DNA from: a virus
IMG/VR virus record: IMGVR_UViG_3300014202_000802
Reading direction: 5' to 3' (one strand)
Length of the DNA stretch: 64,000 bases
Every line of letters begins with the position of its first letter. Position 1 is the first letter of the stretch. A model generated the notes under the pieces. It saw only the letters and a list, made by a program, of their open reading frames with translations. It ran no database searches and had not been told where the DNA came from. Positions 36,735 through 47,200 of this stretch are shown here, piece by piece. The translations under genes and the position numbers were made by a program.

Positions 36735-37301
36735 TTATTTTTTATATTTTTTAACGATTTCAATGATAATGGCTAATAAAATACCAACAAAGGAGTAAAT
36801 AACAATAAAATTAATAAGATTTACGTATGTGCCAAATATAAAGATTAAGATACCATAACCGAAAATGACAGCAAAGAAAATGAAAATAATAAATATAATA
36901 AAAAGAATACCGAAAAAAACGATGGTTAAATCACGCAATATGGGTAAAATCCAGTCAATTATTTTTTTGCGTTTAGATTTTAGATATTCAAAAATTCTCA
37001 GAACAATACCGGATATTATAATGATGCCATAAATAATTAAACCATTCGTGAATAAAGACGAGCTACCGGAAAAAGATTCAATAATGGAATAAAAAAATAA
37101 AAACCAAAAAATGCCAAATGCAAGTAAGGTAAAATATAAAAACATAGGCAAAATTACATCAACAATCGTGTCGGCAAAGTCATGCAATATTCTTAGTAGT
37201 GATTTTCTTTTGTGATTTAGTAAGCCAAGAAGTGCAAGACAAGCAGATGCAATCAAAGCGTAAACTAAAGCATTAATGATTGCTGAAGAAGAAAACTTCA
37301 C
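36735..37301 (-). CDS. Moron: five-helix membrane protein
   Basis: Very hydrophobic, AT-rich, antisense to the structural operon. Confidence 0.7.
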   Translation of the reverse strand: MKFSSSAIINALVYALIASACLALLGLLNHKRKSLLRILHDFADTIVDVILPMFLYFTLLAFGIFWFLFFYSIIESFSGSSSLFTNGLIIYGIIIISGIVLRIFEYLKSKRKKIIDWILPILRDLTIVFFGILFIIFIIFIFFAVIFGYGILIFIFGTYVNLINFIVIYSFVGILLAIIIEIVKKYKK

Positions 37302-37308
37302 TGTTCTT

Positions 37309-37734
37309 TTAATTTATGAAAAATCGTCTCATTTCAGAGCGGTATTGCGGGTAAGTCTGGTTAGCAAAATCCATTGGTAAGATAAGCCAATAAACAGATA
37401 ATGGCGTAGGGTCTGTTACAATCCATGTATTAACAACGGTGTCATTCAGTATGTTAGTAGGGGATGCGTAAATATTGATATTTGAATCAAGTTTTTCGTA
37501 ATAACCCCATCTAAAAGCAAGGGAACGAGACCAGGTAAAACGAATAGTATCACCGACATAAAAATGAGCATCATTAGCGGGAGAATAGAGTTTGATAACG
37601 GAATCCTGAAAAGTTGGAGGGTCATTTTGACCGGGGTTATTCGGGCTTACAGGATCATCAGAACAACCAAGTAAAAAGTAAAAAGGCAAAAGTAAAAAAA
37701 GTGCGAATACAAAGAGTTTTATAGAGTTTTTCAT
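37309..37734 (-). CDS. Moron: lipoprotein
   Basis: Signal with lipobox 'LLG-C', then 'SDDPVSPNN'. Confidence 0.75.
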   Translation of the reverse strand: MKNSIKLFVFALFLLLPFYFLLGCSDDPVSPNNPGQNDPPTFQDSVIKLYSPANDAHFYVGDTIRFTWSRSLAFRWGYYEKLDSNINIYASPTNILNDTVVNTWIVTDPTPLSVYWLILPMDFANQTYPQYRSEMRRFFIN

Positions 37735-37803
37735 GATTTTGGTTTTTAGTATGGATTAATATAATAAAATCATTTAACAAATGTCAATAAGCAGTAATAC
37801 CTA

Positions 37804-40800
37804 ATGTTTGACCACAGGGAAATAAAGATCGATAATTCACTCACTGGTTATATAAATGAACGTGAGTTTAACCGTACAAAGCCGCCATCTGAGGCGGTAG
37901 TGGGTGTATTGAACAGGCGTTTTCTGCCGGAAGGATCAGAGATCAGGCCGCCTTATATGCTTTGGGAAGATCTTTCATCGGTTTTACCCACGGGTTATAC
38001 GGTCTTAAGGTTTTGCGAAAAAGTATTTATTGATCATGAAGGCACTGCCCAGGTTGTTATGATAGCTGCCTGTAAGAATACAGGGGCAAAAACATCGAGG
38101 TTACGCTTTTATGTGAATCATTACTACCTGCCTGAATTAAACTACAGGAACTGCTGGAAAGCGGGAACTACCACAAGGGGCTGGATAAGCGGCTGGGTTA
38201 ATCTGAATGAACGGTATAACGGCAAAGCCGGGACATCACAGGAAGAAAAAATTCTGAATCTTGAATATAAAGAGGCTGGTTTCCTTCCTCCACCCGTACC
38301 TTCCTCGTCGGACAGGTATCATCTTCGTTCAACTTCATCAATCCTCAACAAGCATCAGGATTATTTTAAGGGCTGGTATTTTGTTGATGAGAACGGCGAT
38401 ATAATGGGTTTAATAACCGGCAGTGTATTTTACCAGAGCAAGGCATATTTTAAGCTGGCTAAATCAACAGGCGCAGCAATAAGCGAAACCGGCGGAACAT
38501 GGGGTATAGCGCGGTTTGCTGTAACAGAGACGGAGCTTGATAACTGGCAGAGTGTTGAAGATGTACGGTTTTTCACTTACGGAGTAAATTCGGTTAAGAT
38601 ATTTTCAAAGCTCGCAGGCGGCGGATCAATGAGAACGCTTAATCTGAATTTTGTTAAGGACAGGAAATTTATAAATCCGTACACATTCGGGTCATTAAGT
38701 TTTAACAATACCCATAATGCGTGGATAACATCAAAAGAAGGCGATGCGCAGGGCGACGGCGCGGTTACGCAGATAAAGATAAAAGTAGTTGAAGCATTAT
38801 ATACATCTTTGCCATCAAGTAAGTTAATTCTTTCATGGAAAAACAATTTAATGGCTGATTACCAGCAAATAGTTGATACCGGAGTAAAATTAGGCAACAC
38901 TTACTTTGGTGAGCGCAGAGAAATAGGCAGCGGGTTAATACTGAACTTCAATTGCAGGCTTACAGGTGATGCATCGAGGAATGTATTTACGGGTGATGAA
39001 TGCACGATAAACGTTGTGGACAGCGAAAGGCAAGTAAAATATAATGGTTTTGATTTCAGTTATGATTCACCGGAGATACTGAATAAAAAACTGTATTCAC
39101 TTTTAAGAACGGATATCAACGATCAAACAACCCAAGATGAAGAATTAAAATTTATAGGATTCAATGAACTTGGCCGTGAGCTTGGCATAAGATACCGGGT
39201 ACAGGGCTATAAGGTTTTAACAGGCGCGACGGGTGAGTATAAAGAAAAGTATTATTCATTTGCAGTTGAGCTTGACGGCAGGCAGGCATATTTCGTAAAA
39301 AATATTTATACAAAGGTCAGAAACATTCCGAGTAACGGTGTTTGGATCGGGCAGATGACTGCCGATCTTGTTTTGGAGCCGTGGTTTTCGCCGCGGTTAA
39401 CGGCGCACTTACTGTTTTTTAAAGAGGGCGCTGATGAAGAATACATAGAACCGCAGTTACCGGACACTGAAATGCCTACGGGCAACTTACTCCAGGGTGA
39501 TGCGAAGGGTTATTTACAGGTTGATAAATTCGGTTCGGAAACAGGGGAGGCGGGCGACATAAAATGCAGGGTTATTACAGCAAGATTTGGTGATGACAGG
39601 CATTTTCCTGAAAAGTACGCAACCGGCATGACTTTACTTGATTACCTTCATAATTATTACTGGAAGACCGTAACCATAGGCGGCGAGAATGCCGTACCTG
39701 CAGGGCAGAATACAGTGATAATTCGTTTAAACGATAAAGACATAGCCAAAGACCTTGACAGCGGCGGCAGCTTCGCGGGAAAATTCTCAATTTGCGTATC
39801 ACAGGTGCAGCAGGGGAATCAGAATACACCAAGCGTGATGTGCTCAGAGCGTGTGCAGCAGCTTACATTGGGCCAAGAAGTGATCGGCGGCGCGGGAGCA
39901 ATAGGGACACAGTTCATTTTATTTACAAGAAACGAAACCCGCTGGGAAGAAATAACCGACGAAAACAGCCTTACGCTTCGTAACATAGGCACTTACCATG
40001 ATGACGGGATAGTCAACGCTGATGCCGTAGTGACGGCTATTGAGCCTGAGGAAGCACAGGGCGGACCGCCGACATCGCCATATACAAGCAAGTTTTCAGG
40101 GGTGTTCTGCGCGGGCTACAGGAGCTTTTATGCTTTTTACGGTAATAAGCGGGTTGACCTGCTGATAATATCGGAGGAGCAATCAAGATGGCGGCGCGAA
40201 TACCAGGCAATGAACGATGCGGTTAAAGAGGCTTCAAGGGTTGGGTATAACAGCAATAACAAAGAAGTGTTCTGGTACCTGAATGGTAAGATATATGTGT
40301 GGAGCGTTCAGTTCGGGCACTGGACTATTTATGAATTTGGTGATGCCGTGACTAATTTTGTGCAGTCATTAACAGGTGAGCTTTATTTCAATGCCGGAAA
40401 TAAAATATATAAAACTGAGCCTGTTGGCACAGAAGAATGGAAGGATAAAGGAACGGTAGTTATTCCATGGAGTGAACAGATACTTATTACAAACGGCGAC
40501 TTATCGATAAAGAAGATAGTTGACGGCTTCGATCTGAATTACGAAGCTGAACCCGGGGATACATTGGAGGCGCAGGAAACATCAGCACTGATAGAGGTAG
40601 GAATGGACGGCAGCAACAACGACCTGTTTAATAAATCAGTTGCTTTGCTTACGGCAACGGAGCCGGATAAAGACAGTGAACGGCGCGGGATAGACTTAAG
40701 GACACGGTGCGGATTTTATAAGTTCAGGATCTCATCATCGGCATTTAAGAAGTTCAACCTGAAGCAGAATAAGCAGCGTTTTGTGGTAGTACAGGAAGGC

Positions 40801-40818
40801 GAATTAAATAAACAATAA
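37804..40818 (+). CDS. Tail nozzle/hub protein (T7 gp12 / P22 gp10-like)
   Basis: 1004 aa, beta-rich, propeller-like C-terminal half ('SRVGYNSNNKEVFWYLNGKIYVWS'); precedes the ejection genes. Confidence 0.65.
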   Translation: MFDHREIKIDNSLTGYINEREFNRTKPPSEAVVGVLNRRFLPEGSEIRPPYMLWEDLSSVLPTGYTVLRFCEKVFIDHEGTAQVVMIAACKNTGAKTSRLRFYVNHYYLPELNYRNCWKAGTTTRGWISGWVNLNERYNGKAGTSQEEKILNLEYKEAGFLPPPVPSSSDRYHLRSTSSILNKHQDYFKGWYFVDENGDIMGLITGSVFYQSKAYFKLAKSTGAAISETGGTWGIARFAVTETELDNWQSVEDVRFFTYGVNSVKIFSKLAGGGSMRTLNLNFVKDRKFINPYTFGSLSFNNTHNAWITSKEGDAQGDGAVTQIKIKVVEALYTSLPSSKLILSWKNNLMADYQQIVDTGVKLGNTYFGERREIGSGLILNFNCRLTGDASRNVFTGDECTINVVDSERQVKYNGFDFSYDSPEILNKKLYSLLRTDINDQTTQDEELKFIGFNELGRELGIRYRVQGYKVLTGATGEYKEKYYSFAVELDGRQAYFVKNIYTKVRNIPSNGVWIGQMTADLVLEPWFSPRLTAHLLFFKEGADEEYIEPQLPDTEMPTGNLLQGDAKGYLQVDKFGSETGEAGDIKCRVITARFGDDRHFPEKYATGMTLLDYLHNYYWKTVTIGGENAVPAGQNTVIIRLNDKDIAKDLDSGGSFAGKFSICVSQVQQGNQNTPSVMCSERVQQLTLGQEVIGGAGAIGTQFILFTRNETRWEEITDENSLTLRNIGTYHDDGIVNADAVVTAIEPEEAQGGPPTSPYTSKFSGVFCAGYRSFYAFYGNKRVDLLIISEEQSRWRREYQAMNDAVKEASRVGYNSNNKEVFWYLNGKIYVWSVQFGHWTIYEFGDAVTNFVQSLTGELYFNAGNKIYKTEPVGTEEWKDKGTVVIPWSEQILITNGDLSIKKIVDGFDLNYEAEPGDTLEAQETSALIEVGMDGSNNDLFNKSVALLTATEPDKDSERRGIDLRTRCGFYKFRISSSAFKKFNLKQNKQRFVVVQEGELNKQ

Positions 40819-41756
40819 TGTCAAAACCGATCATACCATATTTTCAGGACGATATTGAGAAGCTTGCACGGCTGCGTAAGAGGCCGGGTGCGGGTGGTGA
40901 CAATGGAACAGAGAACGGGTTACTCCAAAAACCAAAGGGTTTAATGGATAAGCTGGAGAATAACGAGGCAGGGATCAACGATATATTACCTGATTTCGTA
41001 CCTCAGACTATTGGCAGGTGGTTTACTAATGCCAAGATACCATCGGGTTACGAAAATGCTGTAAAGCCGGAAAATTTTGTGCAATCGGGGTTAAATCTGC
41101 TGCAGGGCAAAGATGAACGTTTATGGGAAGATGATATACCTGTTAATCCGGTTGACGGAATGCCGCCGGGTAATATATTTAAACCAAAAGATGAGTATGA
41201 TATAAGAGATTATTTTAATGGCAGGGCTTTCGGGCTTGATGATAAGCGGAGCGGGCGGGGTAAGACTTTGCCGGAACTGGGTGTAACTGACCTGGGGAAT
41301 AATAATTATGAACTAAACAGGGATACAGAGACGGGTAAAACTTTTTATAAGAAGTTCGATCCGCAGGCTGAGAAGTGGGCTTTTGAACAGGTATTTAAAA
41401 AGCAGTTTAATAAAGGCGCTCCCATTGAAGATAATGAGACCATTCCCAATAGCCGTTTTACCATGCCGTTTCCTGTAATGGGCAATGTAAGCAAGCAGAA
41501 TGTAAATTTTGCGGGTGAAGGTGAAGATGAAGGCGGTTATTATAATATGGTTAGGCTTAATGATATTTGGGATTATAAACTGAACCCGGGCGAAAAGATA
41601 GACTCACCGACAAATTTAGGCAGGAACATGCTTGACCAGGTAATGAACCCGGTTAACGTTACGGGGACATCGAAGGTATATATACCGAATATTAAAAAAC
41701 AACCGCGGCGCAAGAAAGTTAGCGGCGGTCATATAATGGATGCGGACATAATATAA
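40818..41756 (+). CDS. Hypothetical virion-module protein
   Basis: 312-aa ORF coupled to the nozzle gene. Confidence 0.6.
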   Translation: MSKPIIPYFQDDIEKLARLRKRPGAGGDNGTENGLLQKPKGLMDKLENNEAGINDILPDFVPQTIGRWFTNAKIPSGYENAVKPENFVQSGLNLLQGKDERLWEDDIPVNPVDGMPPGNIFKPKDEYDIRDYFNGRAFGLDDKRSGRGKTLPELGVTDLGNNNYELNRDTETGKTFYKKFDPQAEKWAFEQVFKKQFNKGAPIEDNETIPNSRFTMPFPVMGNVSKQNVNFAGEGEDEGGYYNMVRLNDIWDYKLNPGEKIDSPTNLGRNMLDQVMNPVNVTGTSKVYIPNIKKQPRRKKVSGGHIMDADII

Positions 41757-41762
41757 TGGAGA

Positions 41763-41975
41763 TCAGATATTTTTATACGGAGATTGGATTTTGCGGGCAG
41801 GGTAAGCATCATAAGTGTACATGGTTTTTTCAGGGTACTCTGAGCCATTGTAAACATACTCAGGGTTATAAATGCCGGCAGGTTTTGCCGTAGTGTTAAA
41901 ATAAAGCAGCGCTAAATTGAAAAGCAGGAAAGCGATAGTTACGGGTATAATGAAATGTTTCTTTAAGAAGTTCAT
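41763..41975 (-). CDS. Moron: small single-pass membrane protein
   Basis: N-terminal TM helix; own TTGACT-type promoter at about 42000-42028. Confidence 0.55.
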   Translation of the reverse strand: MNFLKKHFIIPVTIAFLLFNLALLYFNTTAKPAGIYNPEYVYNGSEYPEKTMYTYDAYPARKIQSPYKNI

Positions 41976-42047
41976 AATAAATTATGATTTAATTATATAA
42001 AGTTACTGTATAAATACAAAAAAGTCAATAAGCATAAATACTCAAAA

Positions 42048-42800
42048 ATGAAAAAGTTCCTAAATATACTCAAATTCGTAATATTTTATCCGTGGTTTCC
42101 ACTGGATCAATTGAATATTGGTCCCTTAGCCATCGCCGGTATAGGTGCGGGCATAGGCGCTCTTGGTAATATGCTGGGTGAGAGCGAAGAAGAGAAGCGC
42201 AATCAAATGCTGAAAAAGAAGATGGAAGCGCTCAATGCCATGCGTGAACGTTTTAAACAGCAGGCGGCCGAGGACAGGAAATCAAGCAGCCGAATGTATT
42301 CAGGAATGATAGGTGAGCGCAGGGGTAATTTGAATCAGAAACTCGCACAGTACGGGATGAATCCTTCGGGGAGTGTGTATTCAAACGAAAAGGATCTGAT
42401 CGATGCTAATTTGCAGGAACGTGAGAATATTGATAAGCAGCAGAAGGAAATGGAATCGCAGATATCATACCAGATAGATAATATTAATTCAGAAATGGTT
42501 GACGAACCTTCAATGTTTGAGAAGGGTTTAAGCGGCGGGATATCGGGATTCAAACAGGGATTAAATCTTTCAAGTGTTTTACCCGGGGTGAATTCACCGG
42601 GCGGTTCTGCAACAAAGCCTATAACAAAACCTGTTACAAGCGGTATCAATACAGGGAATATTAACCAGGGAGTTACTAATCCGGACATGATAGATCCGAC
42701 GATACTTCCTGATGTTGGCGGTGAGGACGGCACGGGGCAAATGGGCAACCTGACCCCGCAGCAATTGCGGAAACTTTTAAAAATGCGTTTATACGGATAG
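42048..42800 (+). CDS. Ejection/pilot protein 1 (P22 gp7-like) with hydrophobic leader
   Basis: 'PLAIAGIGAGIGALGNMLG' glycine zipper, coiled coil, low-complexity tail. Confidence 0.65.
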   Translation: MKKFLNILKFVIFYPWFPLDQLNIGPLAIAGIGAGIGALGNMLGESEEEKRNQMLKKKMEALNAMRERFKQQAAEDRKSSSRMYSGMIGERRGNLNQKLAQYGMNPSGSVYSNEKDLIDANLQERENIDKQQKEMESQISYQIDNINSEMVDEPSMFEKGLSGGISGFKQGLNLSSVLPGVNSPGGSATKPITKPVTSGINTGNINQGVTNPDMIDPTILPDVGGEDGTGQMGNLTPQQLRKLLKMRLYG

Positions 42801-42809
42801 GGGGATAAA

Positions 42810-44273
42810 TTGCCGGGTTGGTTTGATAATTTTGTTGATAAAAAATCGGGTGATCTTGAGGACATATATAAAGGCCTTGACGATCTGCGGGTGGACGCTG
42901 AGTATGAAGACGCGTTAAATGAAATAAAGGGAATAACCGAACACCGCAAAACTGTTCAGCGTTATTATGACCTTGATAACAAATTAAGGGGTGTACGCGG
43001 CAAAGTACCACAATACAGGGAAGAAGATGAAACGCTGCTGAATCCCGATCATTTGGATTTTGACCCGAACCTTGAAGAGAGCCAGAGGAATCCGGCTGTT
43101 CAGCAATACCTGAAATACGCGGAAACCTTTAAGAACACGTATAAAGATAAGAACCCGATAGGTTTTGAAGATTACCTGAATCAGTATCCGGACCTAAAGC
43201 AGACACTCAGGCCGGAACATTATACAACCCGGAAGAAGCAGGTACCTTTAACGGACGAAGAGTATGAAAATACAATGTACCAGCAAGCGGGGTTTACTGA
43301 TGAGGATAAAGCGCTTTATACGGAATTAAAAAAACAGGGCTTGGGGATACCGGAGCATAACGAAAAACTCAACAGGTTACTTTTAAAGTATGCGCCGTAT
43401 TTAACAAGCTCAGGCAAGAAGAGCGATAAATATTTACGTATGCTGCAGCAGGAAGCGGAGCTGGGTGCAATACCGTTACCGGAAAAAACAAAGTACAGCG
43501 TTCATGTTGACCCGACATCGGGTAAGATAGTTTACTATGATCCAACAAATCCGGGTAATGAGATCGTTAACGAATTCAGCGAAGGCAAAGATAAGAACAA
43601 GGGATTTTACGATAAAATAGGTTTCAGGATAGTTGAAAAAGACGGTAAGTATGTTTACCAGATCCCGACACCGGGCGGATGGGAAGACAGCGATCTGACC
43701 GCAACAGAACAGCAATACCAGGCATATTTAACGCAGGTTGAAGAAAAAGGCCTGAGCACAGAGGAAAAATTAGGGATACGGAACCAGTTCAAATCACCAG
43801 GCAGAAGGACAGGGCGCAAACTTGGCAGCAGTAATGTAAATTTCGGGAATTTCAAGCCGGGGGATTTCAGCAAGGTTGATAAAAAATATATCGACAAGCT
43901 GGGAGTGGGCGACCTGAATGAGCTTTCAAAAAACTCACAATATTTAAGCAAGGAAGCGCAGAGCTATCTTGATAAAAAATTATCGAATGTTGGTGATAGT
44001 GAAGAACAATACGAAGGGAACAGCGATTATAAACAGCTTGATGATGACAGGAAACTACTTTACCGCGAGCTGGAAAAGTTTTACAATGATTTTGACGGCG
44101 CATTGGGGCGAATGCAGGGCGGCAACCAGACCGCAAAGGAAGATGCGCTGATGATACTTGATGATGCTTATGAATACCTTGGAAAATTAAAGGGACAGAT
44201 CAGCGACGATGCTTTGAATGAGGCGGTGGCAAATGTAAATGAATTCATTAAGACTATCAAATGGCCGTATTAG
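42810..44273 (+). CDS. Ejection protein 2
   Basis: 487 aa, helical and charged, between two ejection-type genes. Confidence 0.55.
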   Translation: MPGWFDNFVDKKSGDLEDIYKGLDDLRVDAEYEDALNEIKGITEHRKTVQRYYDLDNKLRGVRGKVPQYREEDETLLNPDHLDFDPNLEESQRNPAVQQYLKYAETFKNTYKDKNPIGFEDYLNQYPDLKQTLRPEHYTTRKKQVPLTDEEYENTMYQQAGFTDEDKALYTELKKQGLGIPEHNEKLNRLLLKYAPYLTSSGKKSDKYLRMLQQEAELGAIPLPEKTKYSVHVDPTSGKIVYYDPTNPGNEIVNEFSEGKDKNKGFYDKIGFRIVEKDGKYVYQIPTPGGWEDSDLTATEQQYQAYLTQVEEKGLSTEEKLGIRNQFKSPGRRTGRKLGSSNVNFGNFKPGDFSKVDKKYIDKLGVGDLNELSKNSQYLSKEAQSYLDKKLSNVGDSEEQYEGNSDYKQLDDDRKLLYRELEKFYNDFDGALGRMQGGNQTAKEDALMILDDAYEYLGKLKGQISDDALNEAVANVNEFIKTIKWPY

Positions 44274-47200
44274 ATAAATACAAATCACTTACAAGGGAAT
44301 CACTTCTCAAAGATAAAGACGATAAGAAACGCCAGAAGGTGCGTGAACGGCTTTTACAGGATAAGATAAAAGCTGTTGAGGATTTCAATAAAATACATTT
44401 GGAATTCATATTGCCGAATGTATTTAAAGTCGGTGAAGGCATTGAAGCATTAAAAGAAAAAGAGCGTAAAGACCTTACAACAGAACCTACCAAAAAAGTG
44501 GAATCACTTGCTAAAACAGGTGAGCTTCCGGGAGTAGTTTTAAAGAACCGTTTCCAGGAAACAGCCGACAGGCTTGCGGGTGAGGAGATGCTTGAGCGCG
44601 AGAAAGAAACCGCGACACAGCAATTCCGCCAGCGCAGTACGATCGGTAAATTATTCGACAGGGATAAGGAGACTTCCGGAACCGGTGATGGAATGGATTA
44701 CAGGTATGGATTCCAGAATCAGCCTTCAGGTGATTACCCGGGTGTGAATCTTGTGACAAAAGAGGATATCGAGAAGCAGAAATCAGGCGAGGAGCAGATT
44801 TCCGCTATTATGAATAAGAATATTGCTGAAAAACTTAAAAAGAATGTCAATGATTACTTCGGGAAATTCGGCATAAAAAAAGAGGATATTGAATCAACCG
44901 CAAAAAAACACAAAGTAACTTATGATATAGCGGGACAGATAGCTTATGAAGAATCGAAGAAAAAAGAGATACCCGGCATAGGCGAAATATTTCAGGATAT
45001 CACATCAGGCAAAGTTAAAGACGGGTTCAATAAGTTCAGCAATGCATTTAATGTAATGACGAAGGATTTCAATAGTTCTCTTGCAATGTTCGGTTCAAGT
45101 ATAATACAGGGTATAACTTATGCAGGTGATAAAGATAATCCCATTTCATGGATAAATCCGCTTGGCAAGGTAACGCAATATTTAACTGATCTTGGTATGG
45201 AAAAGATCGGGCTGGATGTTGAAGGCAATAATATTGAAACGAAAAAATATCTTGCTGAGGTACGCGATAAGGTAAATAAATGGGCATCTGATATCGGTTC
45301 ACAGGAAGAGTACCAGGAATACATATCACGCCCATACATGCAGGGCGCGGGCAGTATGGTGGGTTTTATCCTGACAACGGCGCTTTCAAGGGGTTTGAAT
45401 CTTACCCACGGAAGCGCTGCGAGTATATTCGGCGCATTGAGTACGGCCGGCAGCATGGCTTATGATACCGAAAAACAAACAGGCGATATTGATAAGGCGT
45501 ATCTGTCATTCCTTGCGGGATTGCCGCTTGGTGCTACGGAGCGTTTTGGTATAGGTAAGCTTTTCGGTGATATTGATGCAATGACCGGCGGATCGATTAA
45601 AACGATATTCAAAATAGCGGGCAGGGAAGCGCTTGAAGAGTTCATCCAGGAGGGCGGCCAGACTTTTGGCGAGGCGACTTTCCAGAATTACATAACCGGC
45701 TCAAAGCGTGATGCGTTAAGGGAAGCAATGGAAAATGCGTTAATAGCGGCGCCATTGGCATTTTTATTCGCAGGCGGTACGGGTGTTGGTATGCGCACGG
45801 GCGTGAAGGTATTTAATTCAATAAAGGACAGGATCAAAAAAGAGAAGCCTAAAACAGATGCTCCTGTATATACCCCGGCAACCGAGAAGATAATCAGCGC
45901 GGTCAAGGAAAAACTTAAAACCGAAAAGCCAAAAGTAACGAAAAAGCCTGAAACGGTTGAAAAAGTTGAGATCGAGGGTGTTGATGAAGCGATTTCAGAT
46001 CTGGGACTAACAAAGGTAAAAGATGAGAACAAAGGTTCTCAAAAAACAGTGGAGGTTACCAAAGAAGATGTTGATAAACTTAAAACATCACTGGTAAACA
46101 TAGCGACTACCGGCGAAGGTGTATCACTTGAAGGAATTACAAAAGCACGGGAGCTTGCCGATAAAAGCAAGGATCTATTTACTACAGAGCAGAGTAAGGA
46201 AATCGCTGAATTTATTGATGGCCTGAATAAAAAGTTAAAAGAGAAGCCGAAAACTTTAACTGAGCAGCAGGCAGAAAATCAGGAATTTTTAACAAAGAAT
46301 AAAGAAAAAGCAGGGAAGACTATTGATGAGATATATCCCGAAGAAACGGGTATATCCGCCAAGGATCTGACTGATGATGAATTAAAATCCGAACACAGGG
46401 ATTACGAAAATAGACTGGATAAACTTGACGAGAAACAAGGAAAGATGCCTGATAAAGAATTCGAAAGGTATCTTGACCTGCAGGGCGAAATGATAACCCG
46501 CGGCTTTGTAAAAACAAAAGAAACTGAAAAACCTAAAACGTTAATCACACAGGCGGAGCAGGATGAAATTGACCAGATAGAGGCATTTCCTGAAAACACC
46601 GCTGAAGGTTTAAACAAAAAGATAGCATTTGCAGAAAAGATGCTCGATCCTGACCGCATTAAGAATCTAAGGCAGCTTGACCCGAAAGATGCTGATAAAG
46701 TTGTTAAAAACTGGACGGGTAAATTAGATCAGTATAAGCGGAAACTTGAATCATTGAAGCCGGAAAATACGGAAAAAGTTACCGACAAAACGGGGGTAAA
46801 ATCCACAGAAGGATTTGTCGAGGTTGAGCTTACTGCTATAACAAAAGACCTGAAGAATTACCAGGGCAGGCAGGGCGAGGAATATTCAGACCAGACATTT
46901 AATCGTATAGTAAACGAACATAAAGAAGGTAAATTGATCCGTTCTGCTATTCCACCGATACAGGTATTTGTACGCGAAAACGGTAAAATGGAATTGTTAG
47001 CCGGTCACTCAAGACTTGCTGCATGGCAGGAGCTGGCTAAAAGCAATAAAGATTTTAAAACCATACCGACACAGTTCCTTCGTGAATCAGAGGGTGTAAC
47101 ATTTGAACAAGCTCAGAAGATAGCGCAGGAATCAAACCAAGGCGCGGTACAGAAGGACACTGACAACGCGGTTTATTTCCGTAAGCTCAGGGGAAAGCTG

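Noticed and set aside
41550-41590. Colicin M-like DxYD catalytic motif in the 312-aa protein
   Set aside because: Only DIWDY is present, without the downstream His/Arg; too weak to assign.
42798-42810. TAGGGGGATAAAT as a late-promoter motif (also 888, 7599, 31857, 40555)
   Set aside because: Mismatched core and no box at 25 nt; better explained as ribosome-binding sites or coding sequence.
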